Source of the DNA: Patescibacteria group bacterium
Lineage (GTDB): Bacteria; Patescibacteriota; Microgenomatia; JAMCZE01
Reading direction: 5' to 3'
NCBI GenBank assembly: GCA_023380635.1
Contig: JAMCRP010000002.1
Coordinates: 42,458-106,457 of the forward strand
DNA: 64,000 nt
In this document: in pieces, positions 30,201 to 37,149 of the stretch
How positions within the stretch are numbered: position 1 is the stretch's first letter
Layout: each line of letters begins with the position of its first letter
Translations under genes and position numbers: made by a program
Notes under the pieces: model-generated
Databases searched by the model: none
Seen by the model: only the letters and a program-made list of their open reading frames with translations
What the model was told of the DNA's origin: nothing

Positions 30201-33200
30201 TTTAAGATTGCCTCCTGGTTCGTCGAAAAACCTTCCGCCACCAGAGGCTCAAAACAGCAATTCCCAGAGAGAAGTTATGTCGTTGCTACCGCCGCCTCAG
30301 TAGACATTATTGACGCCGATACCAACAAGTTATGGATGAGATTTACTGGGGCAGACGGCAATATTATCCATTTCCCAACAGGATTTACATATAATGTCCC
30401 ATCTGTCACAGCGCTTAACGGAACTTTGTATGCAGGCATACAACGGACGAATGGAGCTTGGGGTAACTTAACTAGTGTCTACTTCTCACGGGATTCTTCT
30501 TCTGGAATAACTAGCGGCAGTACTTTCCCCTATCCTGGCGTGATTTCTCAGAGAAACAGCGCACTCGGATATCCGCTAGCCTTGAGCACTGTAACCATAG
30601 CCAACAGTTACGTTAACGATGTCTCCGCCGCGGTCATTCCCAACCAGCCGACCCAGACGGTAACTGTGAGCGGGTGGGGGTATATCCAAGGAAACGGGTC
30701 CACGCCTTATGTATCCGAAACAGTCAATTTCCCTTATAAATTCAACAATCTTCCCGTTGTAAATATTAATTTTTCCGGAGGCACCAGCACTACCGCTCCG
30801 ACAAAATTATCGGATTGTGCTGCAAACTGGCGAGTCGAAGCACATGCTGAAAGTATAGGAAATAATAGCTTTACGGCTAAGACAGCACTCACGGAAACCG
30901 GCGACGGCAATACCAGCGCTACCGGTTATTACTGTTACACCTGGACCGCGACAGGGCAAGTTTCGCCGAGACAATATGTAGGGGTAGCAACTAACGGCGG
31001 AGCGACTTTAATTAACGAGACGGACCAAAGTGCGGTTAATTACGGCGACACGGCTCAGTTTAGCCGGATCGCCTTAACCTCCAAGAGCCATATGTATATT
31101 GCCAGAGATAGTAATGTGGGAGAAATAAGAGTCTTTAATAATGCCGCCGGATTGGGGGCTGGTTTTAGCTCAGATATGCTGCTTTTTCCCACAAGTAGTT
31201 GCACAAACCAGCCTTGTTATTTGGCTGAAGCCGCCGGCGGTAATGGTCATGGTCCAACCAGCTTGTTTGTTACTGACGGAACTTCAACGGTAAATGGGAG
31301 TGCCGATACAGTTTATGTCGGTACTGCTGTTGGACTCTCGGTATTTCAATTAAATAATACGAACGCTAATTTAGGTGACGGCCAGGGGGAAATCCAAAGT
31401 TCTTCAGTAAAATATTACACCAAAGACTACATTTCCGAAGAAATGGTCGGGGACATTCGGGGCATGTGGCCGTTTAATGGCAGCGGGGCCATAACTCAAA
31501 ACAGCACAACCTTTACTGATGCCTCAGTAAAGGCCGATCCTTTGGTTTCTAAAGGCACCGGGGCGGCATACGCCAGCGGTGTTCGGGGGACTGGTGTTTC
31601 GCTTAACGGCACTAATGATTATTTCTGCCCGAATGGAGGCAGCGGATCGACCTGTACGGATGTTTCTTCTTTAAAGATTACCGGAAACAGCATATCCGTC
31701 GGAGCCTGGATGAAATCCTCGGCAACTTGCTCTGTCTTTCAGGATGTCATAAGCAAGGAAGATAATACTACTGGAAATTCCTGGCGGATTACAATGGACA
31801 GTGGTAACCACGCAAGATTTGATACTACCTTTGCGCCGGTATATGGTGTGGCCGCAACGGGAACAACAAATATTTGTGACGGCAAGTGGCATTACCTTGT
31901 GGGAGTCTATAACAATGGTGACACACAAAAAATCTATGTTGACGGCAGACTGGAAGGGACCGGGGCCGCACAATCAGCGACAGTCAGAGATGTGACGGCT
32001 CCGGTAGCAGTTGGTGCTGAATTTAATAACGGTACGCCAGGGAATTATTTTAAGGGGACAATCGACGAACCGTTTGTGACAGCCACGACTCTTTCGGCCA
32101 ACCAGATTAAGCATATGTATGAAGTCGGCGCCCGGGCGCTTCAGAGCCATTCCGCCTCTTTAGGCGGCGGGGCGGCGGACAAAAACCAGCAACTGGCCGG
32201 AGCTGCCGGTAACCCCACAAATTTAGTCAAAGCAGTAGGGGTGGATTACAACAACCAATACATGTATGTTTCCAACTCCGAAGCCGGGCTTAACCAAAAC
32301 AACGGCGGAGTTTCCAAGATCGATCTTAATTCTGATACCAATGTTTACACTTATAAAAACGGTTCCACCCCGGCCCAGTTGGATAGTGAGATATCCTCTC
32401 TGGCAGTTGGTTACAACCTTGAAGCCATGTCTTCGACAGCTTCCGGCGTCCTCAACCCCGGTATTGACGCTTTTGCCAGTGCTACTTCCGGTTCCTTCTT
32501 CTCAAATACTTATGTTTTACCAAAGCCCATTGCCTCGGCCGTCATCTGGACCAGCGCTTACAAAGACACTGCCGATTCCGGTTCGACGCAGACGATTAAA
32601 GCCAGTGTTGACGGCGGGAGTACATACGCCACCTGTAATTTGCTTAGTACTGACTACAATCCGGCCACCCCTGAACGGGCCTATGGTTGCGAATTTGCCG
32701 CTTCCGGTCAAAACTTGAAAGTCGAGTTTGATTTAGCCCGAACCAGCGTCAAGTCCAACAATTATGTTTCACAATACGGGATTACCTGGCTGGGACAAAA
32801 CGGGTTCAGAGTGGAACAGACCAATAACAACACAGTCAGACTGTATAACTATTCCGGCGAATCGGCTAATGTCCGGTTGGATGTCATTACCGGCGGCCTG
32901 GGGAGAAATGCCGGGACGATTTCTCTGGCCCCCAGCGCGGCAGATGTTGATGCCCAGAATAATTCCAATTCCCTGTGGATAAACAAAACGGGGGCGGGAG
33001 GGAATTTATTAAAACTTCAGGTCAGCGGGGCTGACAAACTCACCTTGGATGCTAACGGCCTGATGACCTTGACTGGGAACTTTGTTCCGGGAGCGGACAA
33101 CACCTATGATTTGGGCGCCTCGTCATCAGCCAGGTTTAGAAACTTGTATCTTGGACCCGGCTCGCTTCATATTCAGTCAAAATCCACAGACACGGGTTAC

Positions 33201-35321
33201 CCGGCGCTGGGGCTGGATTATGCCCTAGGCATTAACCCTGCCGGGAGCTTGGTGACCAGTCTGAACGGGACCTCGAACGCCTTGATGGCTATTACCCAGG
33301 ATGGTAAAGTCGGCATCGGGACAACTGCGCCCACGGCTCTTCTTCAGGTTTTTGGTAACGGCACCACTCAGGTGGCCAGTGTCTCGGCTTCTACCGGGAA
33401 AGCGGCTCTTTTGGTTGACAACACCGTTGGCGACCTCTTTACCGCGTCTTCTTCCGGAATGTCCCGGTTTGTGATTACGCAAAGCGGCAACGTCGGCATC
33501 GGGACAACGGGGCCAGGAGATAAACTCCATGTCGCAGGGGGCAATATTATAATTGAAGGATCTGGAGCTGGTGCAAGTCCTCGTGGTATTAAAACCCGTT
33601 ACACATCAAGTGACTCTTATTCTGGTAGTTTAGGTTGGAATGGTCTACAGCTTGGCAATAATGGACCAAATTATATTGTCGCTGGTAATTCAGCAACAGG
33701 TGGAAGTCTGAATTTCATTGTAAATAATTCTAATAGCTTGGGGACTGGAACAGATTATGGGACTGCTAATGGAACAAATGCAATGACAATATTAAGCAGT
33801 GGTAATGTCGGCATCGGGACAACGGGGCCAAATAAATTACTTGATGTATATAAATCTCAAAGCAGTGTCACCGACGAGTCGCAAGCGGCAGCGGCTTTCG
33901 GTGTCACTACGACGGGAGGTATCTATGGATATATCACTCCTAATCAGACTGGAAAAACAGTCACATTCGCTGGAGTTCGAGGCGGTCAGGCTAACGACGT
34001 ATCGCTGCTCTTTAACCCAGCTGGCGGCAACGTCGGCATCGGGACGACGGGACCTTTGGGCAAGTTAGATGTCGGCAACCAAATGTATGTTCAGTCAAAC
34101 GGAACCATCGAGAGTCCAGGCAGCAAGAACACGACTAACGGAATGATTGAAACATACTATAATGCTGGTGACAGATATGGTTTAGGTCAACTTTCCAATG
34201 GAGTAACAGCTTTGTACACATCCGATGCTTACAGCCCCAGCTCAATACAGTTTGGAAGAATAGACAGCAGCAACAATTTCATCTCTCTGATGGATATTAC
34301 CCATGGTGGCAATGTCGGCATCGGGACGACGAGTCCGGGCTATCTTTTAACCGTTAACTCCAGCACCCCAGGCTGCAACGGGTGTACCGCCTGGACAAAC
34401 TACTCTGATATCCGCCTAAAGGAAAACATTGCTTCCGTCTCCGGGGGAATTTTAGACAAAATTTTGCAACTAAACCCGGTGACTTTTAACTACAACGACA
34501 CCTACTATACCCAAACGGGTTATTCCCGCCCTGATGGCCAAACACCAACTTACACTGGCTTTATTGCCCAGCAGTTGCAAACGATTTTTCCGGAAATGGT
34601 TTCCACCTCCAGTAATGGTTATCTTGACACCAACCTTTCCAACTTGCAGATCTATCTGGTTAAAGGTATGCAGGAACAACAGGGAGAAATTGCTTCCCAG
34701 TCAGCCCAAATTGCCACCATGTCGGCCACACTTTCGGCCTGGAACGACCTTCTGGGGACCCCCTCAGCCTCTTTAGCCGAGTCTGTCGCCCGCCTAGACG
34801 GGTTATCAGCCGATATTTCCTCTTTAATGGCCGATAACCTCCAGATTAAATCCGATATCCAGCTTCTTAAAGAGCAAATGGCCACAGTTTCGGCTAACTT
34901 GGCTCAGGTTTCTTCCCAAACCGCTTCCAATTCCGCTTCTCTGGCTTCCTTAAGTCCCTTAAGTAACTTAAGCATCTTAAGTGATCTGGAAGTCTCGACG
35001 GTTTCGGCTTCCTTTGCCAACTTTTCTGACACTCTCAAGGTCGTGGGCAAGACCCAGCTGGCTGATACTAACATCGGGGGCAGCTTGACCGTGGGGTTGC
35101 TGCACTTTGACGATTTGAAAGCGGAGATATCCAGCTTAACCGGCACGGTTACCATTAACAGCAATTTGCAGGTGGCCGGAGACGCCACGGTGTCGGGAAC
35201 GCTCAAAACCGCCACGGCAGAAACTGACGGAATCAGTCTTAAAGATGAGGTGACGGGGGATTACTATTGTATTCGGATGCACAGTGGCGAGATTGCCAAA
35301 ACCCCCGGGAAATGCCAGTAG
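21267..35321 (+). CDS. Giant (about 4680 aa) membrane-anchored fibre/adhesin 2: 2x BldC/MerR HTH, TM, duplicated LamG-containing super-module, GNVGIGT modules, peptidase S74 chaperone, coiled coil
   Basis: IGDAAKFLNVSIQTLRRWD..TPGGTRFY x2; DGNWHF/DGKWHY..IDEP LamG motifs; SDIRLKENI..LNPVTF..GFIAQ. Confidence 0.85.
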   Translation: MKKSTDAGLLKIGDAAKFLNVSIQTLRRWDESGKLKPVVTPGGTRFYEKQALKNIRVGNGVRETDGTGEMKSEQQVTKKTGKFSKRGLVKIGTAAKLLGISIPTLRRWDEMGKLRAVVSPGGTRLYSKDSLAAINPALSEYKILKSEEPEIKPAKQFIKEVVSEVLHQQKAVLQLPPPVNPIQTISEWSQEPVHYRAETEAGRIAGYFQKPPPEDTRNKIQETRETPNTRKKRSWKSFAYTLPAVLATILLLLTTGLNIYITSYQKKVASDRNLQAVLAESSSQNFLDIRADTDVSGRLTVWGKDVLTEATLASSSPYLSNLNQSLSTTATPTFANLTLTAGKIVLEDKTQTLKNKSLSGSDNTFSNIPNSALANSKVTVTAGTNLTGGGDVVLGDSTTIGLKDNISVTSVTSSALTVNGDAAITGNLNVGGGLQFSSLAVTGTSGTAPVASISGKTSFAAVVVDNSGSGDLFTASTAGQPRFTVNSNGDLLPGITSHQSIGSPTQVWDTIYANNLSGTNWSGNIIGTQYGGTGQDWHLTAQGNVPYFSASGTMNTLAPGTNHQVFVTQGVGANPKWEDLVNLLTPGTDITLGGTNVVTINDASTLQSVTGRGAATTNPITLNLTGGNAYFGSGNASALVDLSSTSKGFLTPRMTQAQRDAISTPAPGLLIYNTDTNQFNVYNSSTWGAIAGAGAAYWGDNIGALYPLYLNSDLLIGSDATASALIRLEGTTGYITANRINGNKIATGSGNVAVSATLPLAVDTNGNMTLAYTSNLKVTSSQLDTAQNIGPSASPQFVSLTLGSGTTGTLQTAALTGSRTWTLPDNTGEICTTYGNCIGGVGGSVGGSGTNTKIAMFTPDGTHIGDSHITDTGTQIQFFNTSNYIDSSGNFYLNGSLFASGNEAGFWQRQSGVLAPKNITDSLIIGGNATGSGQLQVYGLNSQMPVASISAQTPWAALVVDNATGDLFTASSSGMTRFTVGNTGNLTAGTYNTATITGGSLSATAVNGVATANILTTGTTFAGDVGGSYNNLAIGTGKVTNPMLSGPVDTTHGGTGNDWHLTAQGNVPYFSAAGTMGLLAPGTASQVLTTGGGGADPAWTNMASLVTGAGNITVTGTQTLSINTVNNPTFSTSVTTPLLTNSGNLLINPTGNVGIGTTSPAALLSVGTNSDLRVNGTGDIVARTYNGNIIATGSGTLTLGSASLNIGTGGTLNTGAYADISLYAPLASPTFTGTVTIPTSFVLGATTVTTTGTQLNYLNAATGTTGNTNSNLVFSNGPTLTSPAFSTIVNVGTLTLPTTSDTLVGRATTDTFTNKTFDTAGTGNILRINGTQVSAVTGTGSVVLASAPTISNPIITNINPGADFTLTQNSVTPFISYNSGALANTLVLSAGSVGIGVTNPGAKLDVAGAASISGILTLNNGVTTQINATNDRSLDLGFANTGRVNFLTTSSYIDANGNFSTNGQIQVGSFASAPTALGAGSMYYNSTENRLYAYNGTNWSPLGEQSTVVVTNNSGTTLNPKDLVIFDSSANNAVTTTTTAYKKGVVYGVVVDASCASGATNCKVQISGKVDVSVTNSNAAKGDYVFTSTTAAKGVTSAKLFDGLIGIVTDNTNAGSGYVTIIFQPQAQVLAGVVMDKISRHNDYKIYSNIYTPINEGSVFSPNLTARGISFDNFLDQTKVDAALTTVGSTMSAQIQSPTAQTSAPFRMGLTGGQTYNTTNTDNAGNAYLGSNTVNKVFYYDRTRDSIPQVQVELGIDPNWYNGVTLSVASTSAQFSQADTITKPNPNLSTAYNGSLVKVSGTYPTQAATRTIYLTITSPTQFTWSDGAVGANNVSINPGVSQALGTTGVSVTFTNVKYNPGDVFRIASWVVEPASSTRGSKAQFPERSYVIGTASSVDIIDADTNKLWMRFTINATSWAVTTMLIDASSSVTALNGTIYSSQGASGLLKIVFDRDTGFGFTTDWTNYGGTFRGGIAQRNTQNGYAQNVPLNIVNNTVNDISAAVIPNQPTQTVTTSGWGYMYLNAAGSNYEVVNLPYKFNDIPKVVISASAERATAPTNYGDCSWGISTNFVANTYSATTSNFGATIATPGSGTTTGYICYTWTATGVVSPRQYVAVGTNQGVTVINETDQSGVNYSTVSSGDHNVGSVFLTSNDNLYFSYPWSYPTDVKVAVQYGVAGVTSNVAWDSWSGNYASIGNSWSNKGPTPLQSSTNYQIFVTSGTSTIDGKSNTIYVSGSNGLTVIQEKQAGRFGTAESYVPSDENNGSVKYYTKDYISEEMVGDIRGMWPLNGTLSDASVKGNTLTDGGIAFGTGVRGQGAVISGLSFLYCTDASCGGTSKLDSGGTAWSFGAWFKTTSTGGTIISKYNGGVSGAYFLAVDGSGKLSGDIEQSPYTFTGNKIVNDGNWHFGVVTYDGVSAKIYADGQLDSLVAMTGNIPDTTANFAIGARYTGGSVSNILLGSIDEPFVSATALTANQIKHMYEVGARALQSHSASLGGGAADANQKLGTNVASVSAAAVDYNNQFMYVGANDSTNGGVSKIDLNSDTNIRTIQTANTPVGGTVLPAKTVSSLAAGYNLEVVGTGTGAIGMAPDDNANNLSGTLYSKTLTTPESFSQAYIWSQQVTDAADAANTVTVWASNDGGSNYYQCNQTNTDSTQTPTEYEYFCQFNAVGSSLKIKEVFARGSTKTNTYVTRYGVAWIDSSNAIGSNPLGNGMYTNNATVADSSYLEVAHNQNTADAVANAWISSESKWKQLDATYKPVAAYDGLSGVLSEYHDLAANYKTGDLVSTPSGILFDTFKDITKTASAASTLSLDFGKNRVGLMGGQTFNTTNTDSDGNALLGSNTVNKVFYYDRINKDSSPQVQVELGVDPNWYNGVTLSVATTSAQMSQSETTVPAGKNPNLSTTYNGSLVKVTGTYATTAAARPIWITISDNSSFVWTDYNGNGGTASLQQGVTQALGSTGVSVTFTGTKYNIGDVFKIASWFVEKPSATRGSKQQFPERSYVVATAASVDIIDADTNKLWMRFTGADGNIIHFPTGFTYNVPSVTALNGTLYAGIQRTNGAWGNLTSVYFSRDSSSGITSGSTFPYPGVISQRNSALGYPLALSTVTIANSYVNDVSAAVIPNQPTQTVTVSGWGYIQGNGSTPYVSETVNFPYKFNNLPVVNINFSGGTSTTAPTKLSDCAANWRVEAHAESIGNNSFTAKTALTETGDGNTSATGYYCYTWTATGQVSPRQYVGVATNGGATLINETDQSAVNYGDTAQFSRIALTSKSHMYIARDSNVGEIRVFNNAAGLGAGFSSDMLLFPTSSCTNQPCYLAEAAGGNGHGPTSLFVTDGTSTVNGSADTVYVGTAVGLSVFQLNNTNANLGDGQGEIQSSSVKYYTKDYISEEMVGDIRGMWPFNGSGAITQNSTTFTDASVKADPLVSKGTGAAYASGVRGTGVSLNGTNDYFCPNGGSGSTCTDVSSLKITGNSISVGAWMKSSATCSVFQDVISKEDNTTGNSWRITMDSGNHARFDTTFAPVYGVAATGTTNICDGKWHYLVGVYNNGDTQKIYVDGRLEGTGAAQSATVRDVTAPVAVGAEFNNGTPGNYFKGTIDEPFVTATTLSANQIKHMYEVGARALQSHSASLGGGAADKNQQLAGAAGNPTNLVKAVGVDYNNQYMYVSNSEAGLNQNNGGVSKIDLNSDTNVYTYKNGSTPAQLDSEISSLAVGYNLEAMSSTASGVLNPGIDAFASATSGSFFSNTYVLPKPIASAVIWTSAYKDTADSGSTQTIKASVDGGSTYATCNLLSTDYNPATPERAYGCEFAASGQNLKVEFDLARTSVKSNNYVSQYGITWLGQNGFRVEQTNNNTVRLYNYSGESANVRLDVITGGLGRNAGTISLAPSAADVDAQNNSNSLWINKTGAGGNLLKLQVSGADKLTLDANGLMTLTGNFVPGADNTYDLGASSSARFRNLYLGPGSLHIQSKSTDTGYPALGLDYALGINPAGSLVTSLNGTSNALMAITQDGKVGIGTTAPTALLQVFGNGTTQVASVSASTGKAALLVDNTVGDLFTASSSGMSRFVITQSGNVGIGTTGPGDKLHVAGGNIIIEGSGAGASPRGIKTRYTSSDSYSGSLGWNGLQLGNNGPNYIVAGNSATGGSLNFIVNNSNSLGTGTDYGTANGTNAMTILSSGNVGIGTTGPNKLLDVYKSQSSVTDESQAAAAFGVTTTGGIYGYITPNQTGKTVTFAGVRGGQANDVSLLFNPAGGNVGIGTTGPLGKLDVGNQMYVQSNGTIESPGSKNTTNGMIETYYNAGDRYGLGQLSNGVTALYTSDAYSPSSIQFGRIDSSNNFISLMDITHGGNVGIGTTSPGYLLTVNSSTPGCNGCTAWTNYSDIRLKENIASVSGGILDKILQLNPVTFNYNDTYYTQTGYSRPDGQTPTYTGFIAQQLQTIFPEMVSTSSNGYLDTNLSNLQIYLVKGMQEQQGEIASQSAQIATMSATLSAWNDLLGTPSASLAESVARLDGLSADISSLMADNLQIKSDIQLLKEQMATVSANLAQVSSQTASNSASLASLSPLSNLSILSDLEVSTVSASFANFSDTLKVVGKTQLADTNIGGSLTVGLLHFDDLKAEISSLTGTVTINSNLQVAGDATVSGTLKTATAETDGISLKDEVTGDYYCIRMHSGEIAKTPGKCQ
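21964..22484 (+). repeat. 521-bp direct repeat, copy 2
   Basis: Identical by eye to 16270-16790. Confidence 0.9.
34949..34984 (+). repeat. In-frame CTTAAGnnn x4 in giant gene 2
   Basis: CTTAAGTCC CTTAAGTAA CTTAAGCAT CTTAAGTGA. Confidence 0.85.
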
Positions 35322-35367
35322 AATTTGAAATTTGAAATTTACAATTTGAACTGAATTTGCAATTTAA
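35322..35367. repeat. TTTGAAA left arm of four-helix-bundle locus
   Basis: AATTTGA AATTTGA AATTTAC AATTTGA; inverted partner at 35769-35797. Confidence 0.9.
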
Positions 35368-35733
35368 ATGCCTCAATTTAAAAATAACTATGATTTAGAA
35401 GAGAGGACGGTTCGGTTCTCCGAGAGTCTTGTAGATTTTCTGAAGGCGTGTCCAAAAACAGTAATTACTATTCCTTTAATTGATCAAGGACTGCGAGCGG
35501 GAACCAGTATTGGGGCTAACTATCGGGAAGCAAACGGAGCTTCTTCTAAAAAGGATTTTAAAAACAAAATATTTATTTGTAAAAAGGAGGCAAAAGAGAC
35601 AATCTATTGGTTAAGATTGTTAGGCAGAGTGCTAGGTGATGGTAATCTGAAACAAAAGTGCAGAAACTTATACCAAGAAGCCAGCGAATATGTCTTAATT
35701 TTCGGAAAAATTGCCAGTAGTTGTAGAGAATAG
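35368..35733 (+). CDS. Four helix bundle protein (TIGR02436 / 23S-IVS / Avd-like)
   Basis: YDLEERT..F, QGLRAGTSIGANYREA..ASSKKDFKNKI.ICKKEAKET.YWL. Confidence 0.92.
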   Translation: MPQFKNNYDLEERTVRFSESLVDFLKACPKTVITIPLIDQGLRAGTSIGANYREANGASSKKDFKNKIFICKKEAKETIYWLRLLGRVLGDGNLKQKCRNLYQEASEYVLIFGKIASSCRE

Positions 35734-35734
35734 T

Positions 35735-35798
35735 TTAAAAACTTAAAATTGATTAAGTGAATATTAATTTCAAATTTTAAATTGTAAATTTCAAATTG
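35735..35798. repeat. TTTCAAA right arm of four-helix-bundle locus
   Basis: TTTCAAA TTTTAAA TTGTAAA TTTCAAA TT. Confidence 0.9.
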
Positions 35799-35802
35799 GA
35801 GT

Positions 35803-36672
35803 ATGGCCAAATTTGTTCCCGATATTAAAACCAACCGCTGGGTGGTGATTGCCCCGGCCAGAATTTCCCGGCCGCATGACAACACTCCGTTTGCCGTCCA
35901 GGCGCCTCAGGCGCCGGTCTGTCCCTTTTGCCCGGGGCAGGAAAGTCTGAACAAAGAACTATTTAGAGTCGGCGATCCTTGGAAAGTCCGGGTCATTGCT
36001 AATAAGTATCCGATAACCGATTATCACGAGGTCATTATCCATTCTCCGGATCATACTCACGACCTGGATACTTTGCCCATCAACCAGGTGGAGTTAATCC
36101 TAACCACCTACCGGCAGCGTTATAACTTCCATAAAAATTCGGAGCATGACGGCCAGGTGATGATTTTTAATAATCATGACATTCACGCCGGGGCGAGTCT
36201 CGCGCACCCACATTCCCAAATTGTGGTTGTTCCCAAGCAAATTAACCTGGATACCGTTCAGAAGGAGCCGGTCCAAAATGAAGTGGTCAGAACAAACTTT
36301 TTTGTGGCTTATTGTCCGGATTTTTCCCAGTGGCCCTACGAAATTTGGATTGCGCCATTAATCGAAGGCAAAAATTACGGCGAAATTTCCGACGAGGAAA
36401 TCAAGGATCTGGCGCCATTAATGCAAAAGCTTATCGGGTTTATTAATAATAAATTCAAAGAAGAGGTTAAGCTTCACCAGCCGATGGAAAAGTCGGACGA
36501 AACGGGGGAGACGCCTTACAATTATTATATTTACCACGGCCAGGACTGGTATCTGCGTATTATTCCCAGACTGGTTCACCGGGCGGGATTTGAGTTGGGA
36601 ACAGGGCTCTCTGTAAATATAATTGACCCGAGTGTTGCGGCGCGGGAGTACCGAGAGGGAATTGCGTCCTGA
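35803..36672 (+). CDS. galT: Galactose-1-phosphate uridylyltransferase-like (HIT/GalT family)
   Basis: CPFCPG.E, VRVIANKYP, HEVII, GASLAHPHSQ, AGFELGTG. Confidence 0.8.
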   Translation: MAKFVPDIKTNRWVVIAPARISRPHDNTPFAVQAPQAPVCPFCPGQESLNKELFRVGDPWKVRVIANKYPITDYHEVIIHSPDHTHDLDTLPINQVELILTTYRQRYNFHKNSEHDGQVMIFNNHDIHAGASLAHPHSQIVVVPKQINLDTVQKEPVQNEVVRTNFFVAYCPDFSQWPYEIWIAPLIEGKNYGEISDEEIKDLAPLMQKLIGFINNKFKEEVKLHQPMEKSDETGETPYNYYIYHGQDWYLRIIPRLVHRAGFELGTGLSVNIIDPSVAAREYREGIAS

Positions 36673-36818
36673 TTGCGAGCGAATGAAATGAGCATGGCAA
36701 TCTCATAAGATTGGGGCACTACAGATTGTCAGTACAGCATTGATAGCAGTAAATGTTACTCGGATTTAAGAGGCCTCTTATTCTATGAGATCGCCACACT
36801 CTTCGGGCTCGCGATAAC
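36671..36818. repeat. REP/RPE-like palindromic element
   Basis: ATTGCGAGC..TGGCAATCTCATA ... TATGAGATCGCCA..GCTCGCGAT inverted arms. Confidence 0.7.
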
Positions 36819-36881
36819 GAAGTAGCTATTGACAAGCCGTGTACACCTTTGATATAACCGGACACAGTAAATCATATTCTC

Positions 36882-37088
36882 ATGCCTGGGCTTAATCAAA
36901 ATATCTCAATCGAAAACTTACCCGATCTTCTGACCGTCAAAGAAGTCGCCCAACTTCTTCGCGTTTCTGTCCTTACCATCAAACGCTGGGGCAAAAGAGG
37001 AAAATTGCCCGCCATCCGCATTAATTCAAGAGGGGACAGACGATATAAGAAAGAGGCGGTTTTGTGGCTATTGGGAATGGGTAAATAA
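36882..37088 (+). CDS. Small BldC/excisionase-like HTH (HTH_17) DNA-binding protein
   Basis: LLTVKEVAQLLRVS..TIKRW...GKLPAIR...GDRRY; TTGACA-18-TATAAC upstream. Confidence 0.85.
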   Translation: MPGLNQNISIENLPDLLTVKEVAQLLRVSVLTIKRWGKRGKLPAIRINSRGDRRYKKEAVLWLLGMGK

Positions 37089-37149
37089 TCCAACTCTTCA
37101 CGCAAGCTCTTTCTTGCGATCCTCCTTCACTTTGCTCAGTCCGGGTCTA

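Noticed and set aside
17818-33502. Near-identical repeat pair plus Avd-like genes as a diversity-generating retroelement (TR/VR)
   Set aside because: Differences include C/T changes rather than adenine-only ones, both copies are coding, and no reverse transcriptase is in the window
15498-35321. Prophage tail region
   Set aside because: No capsid, terminase, portal or integrase; the proteins have TM anchors and sit among housekeeping genes
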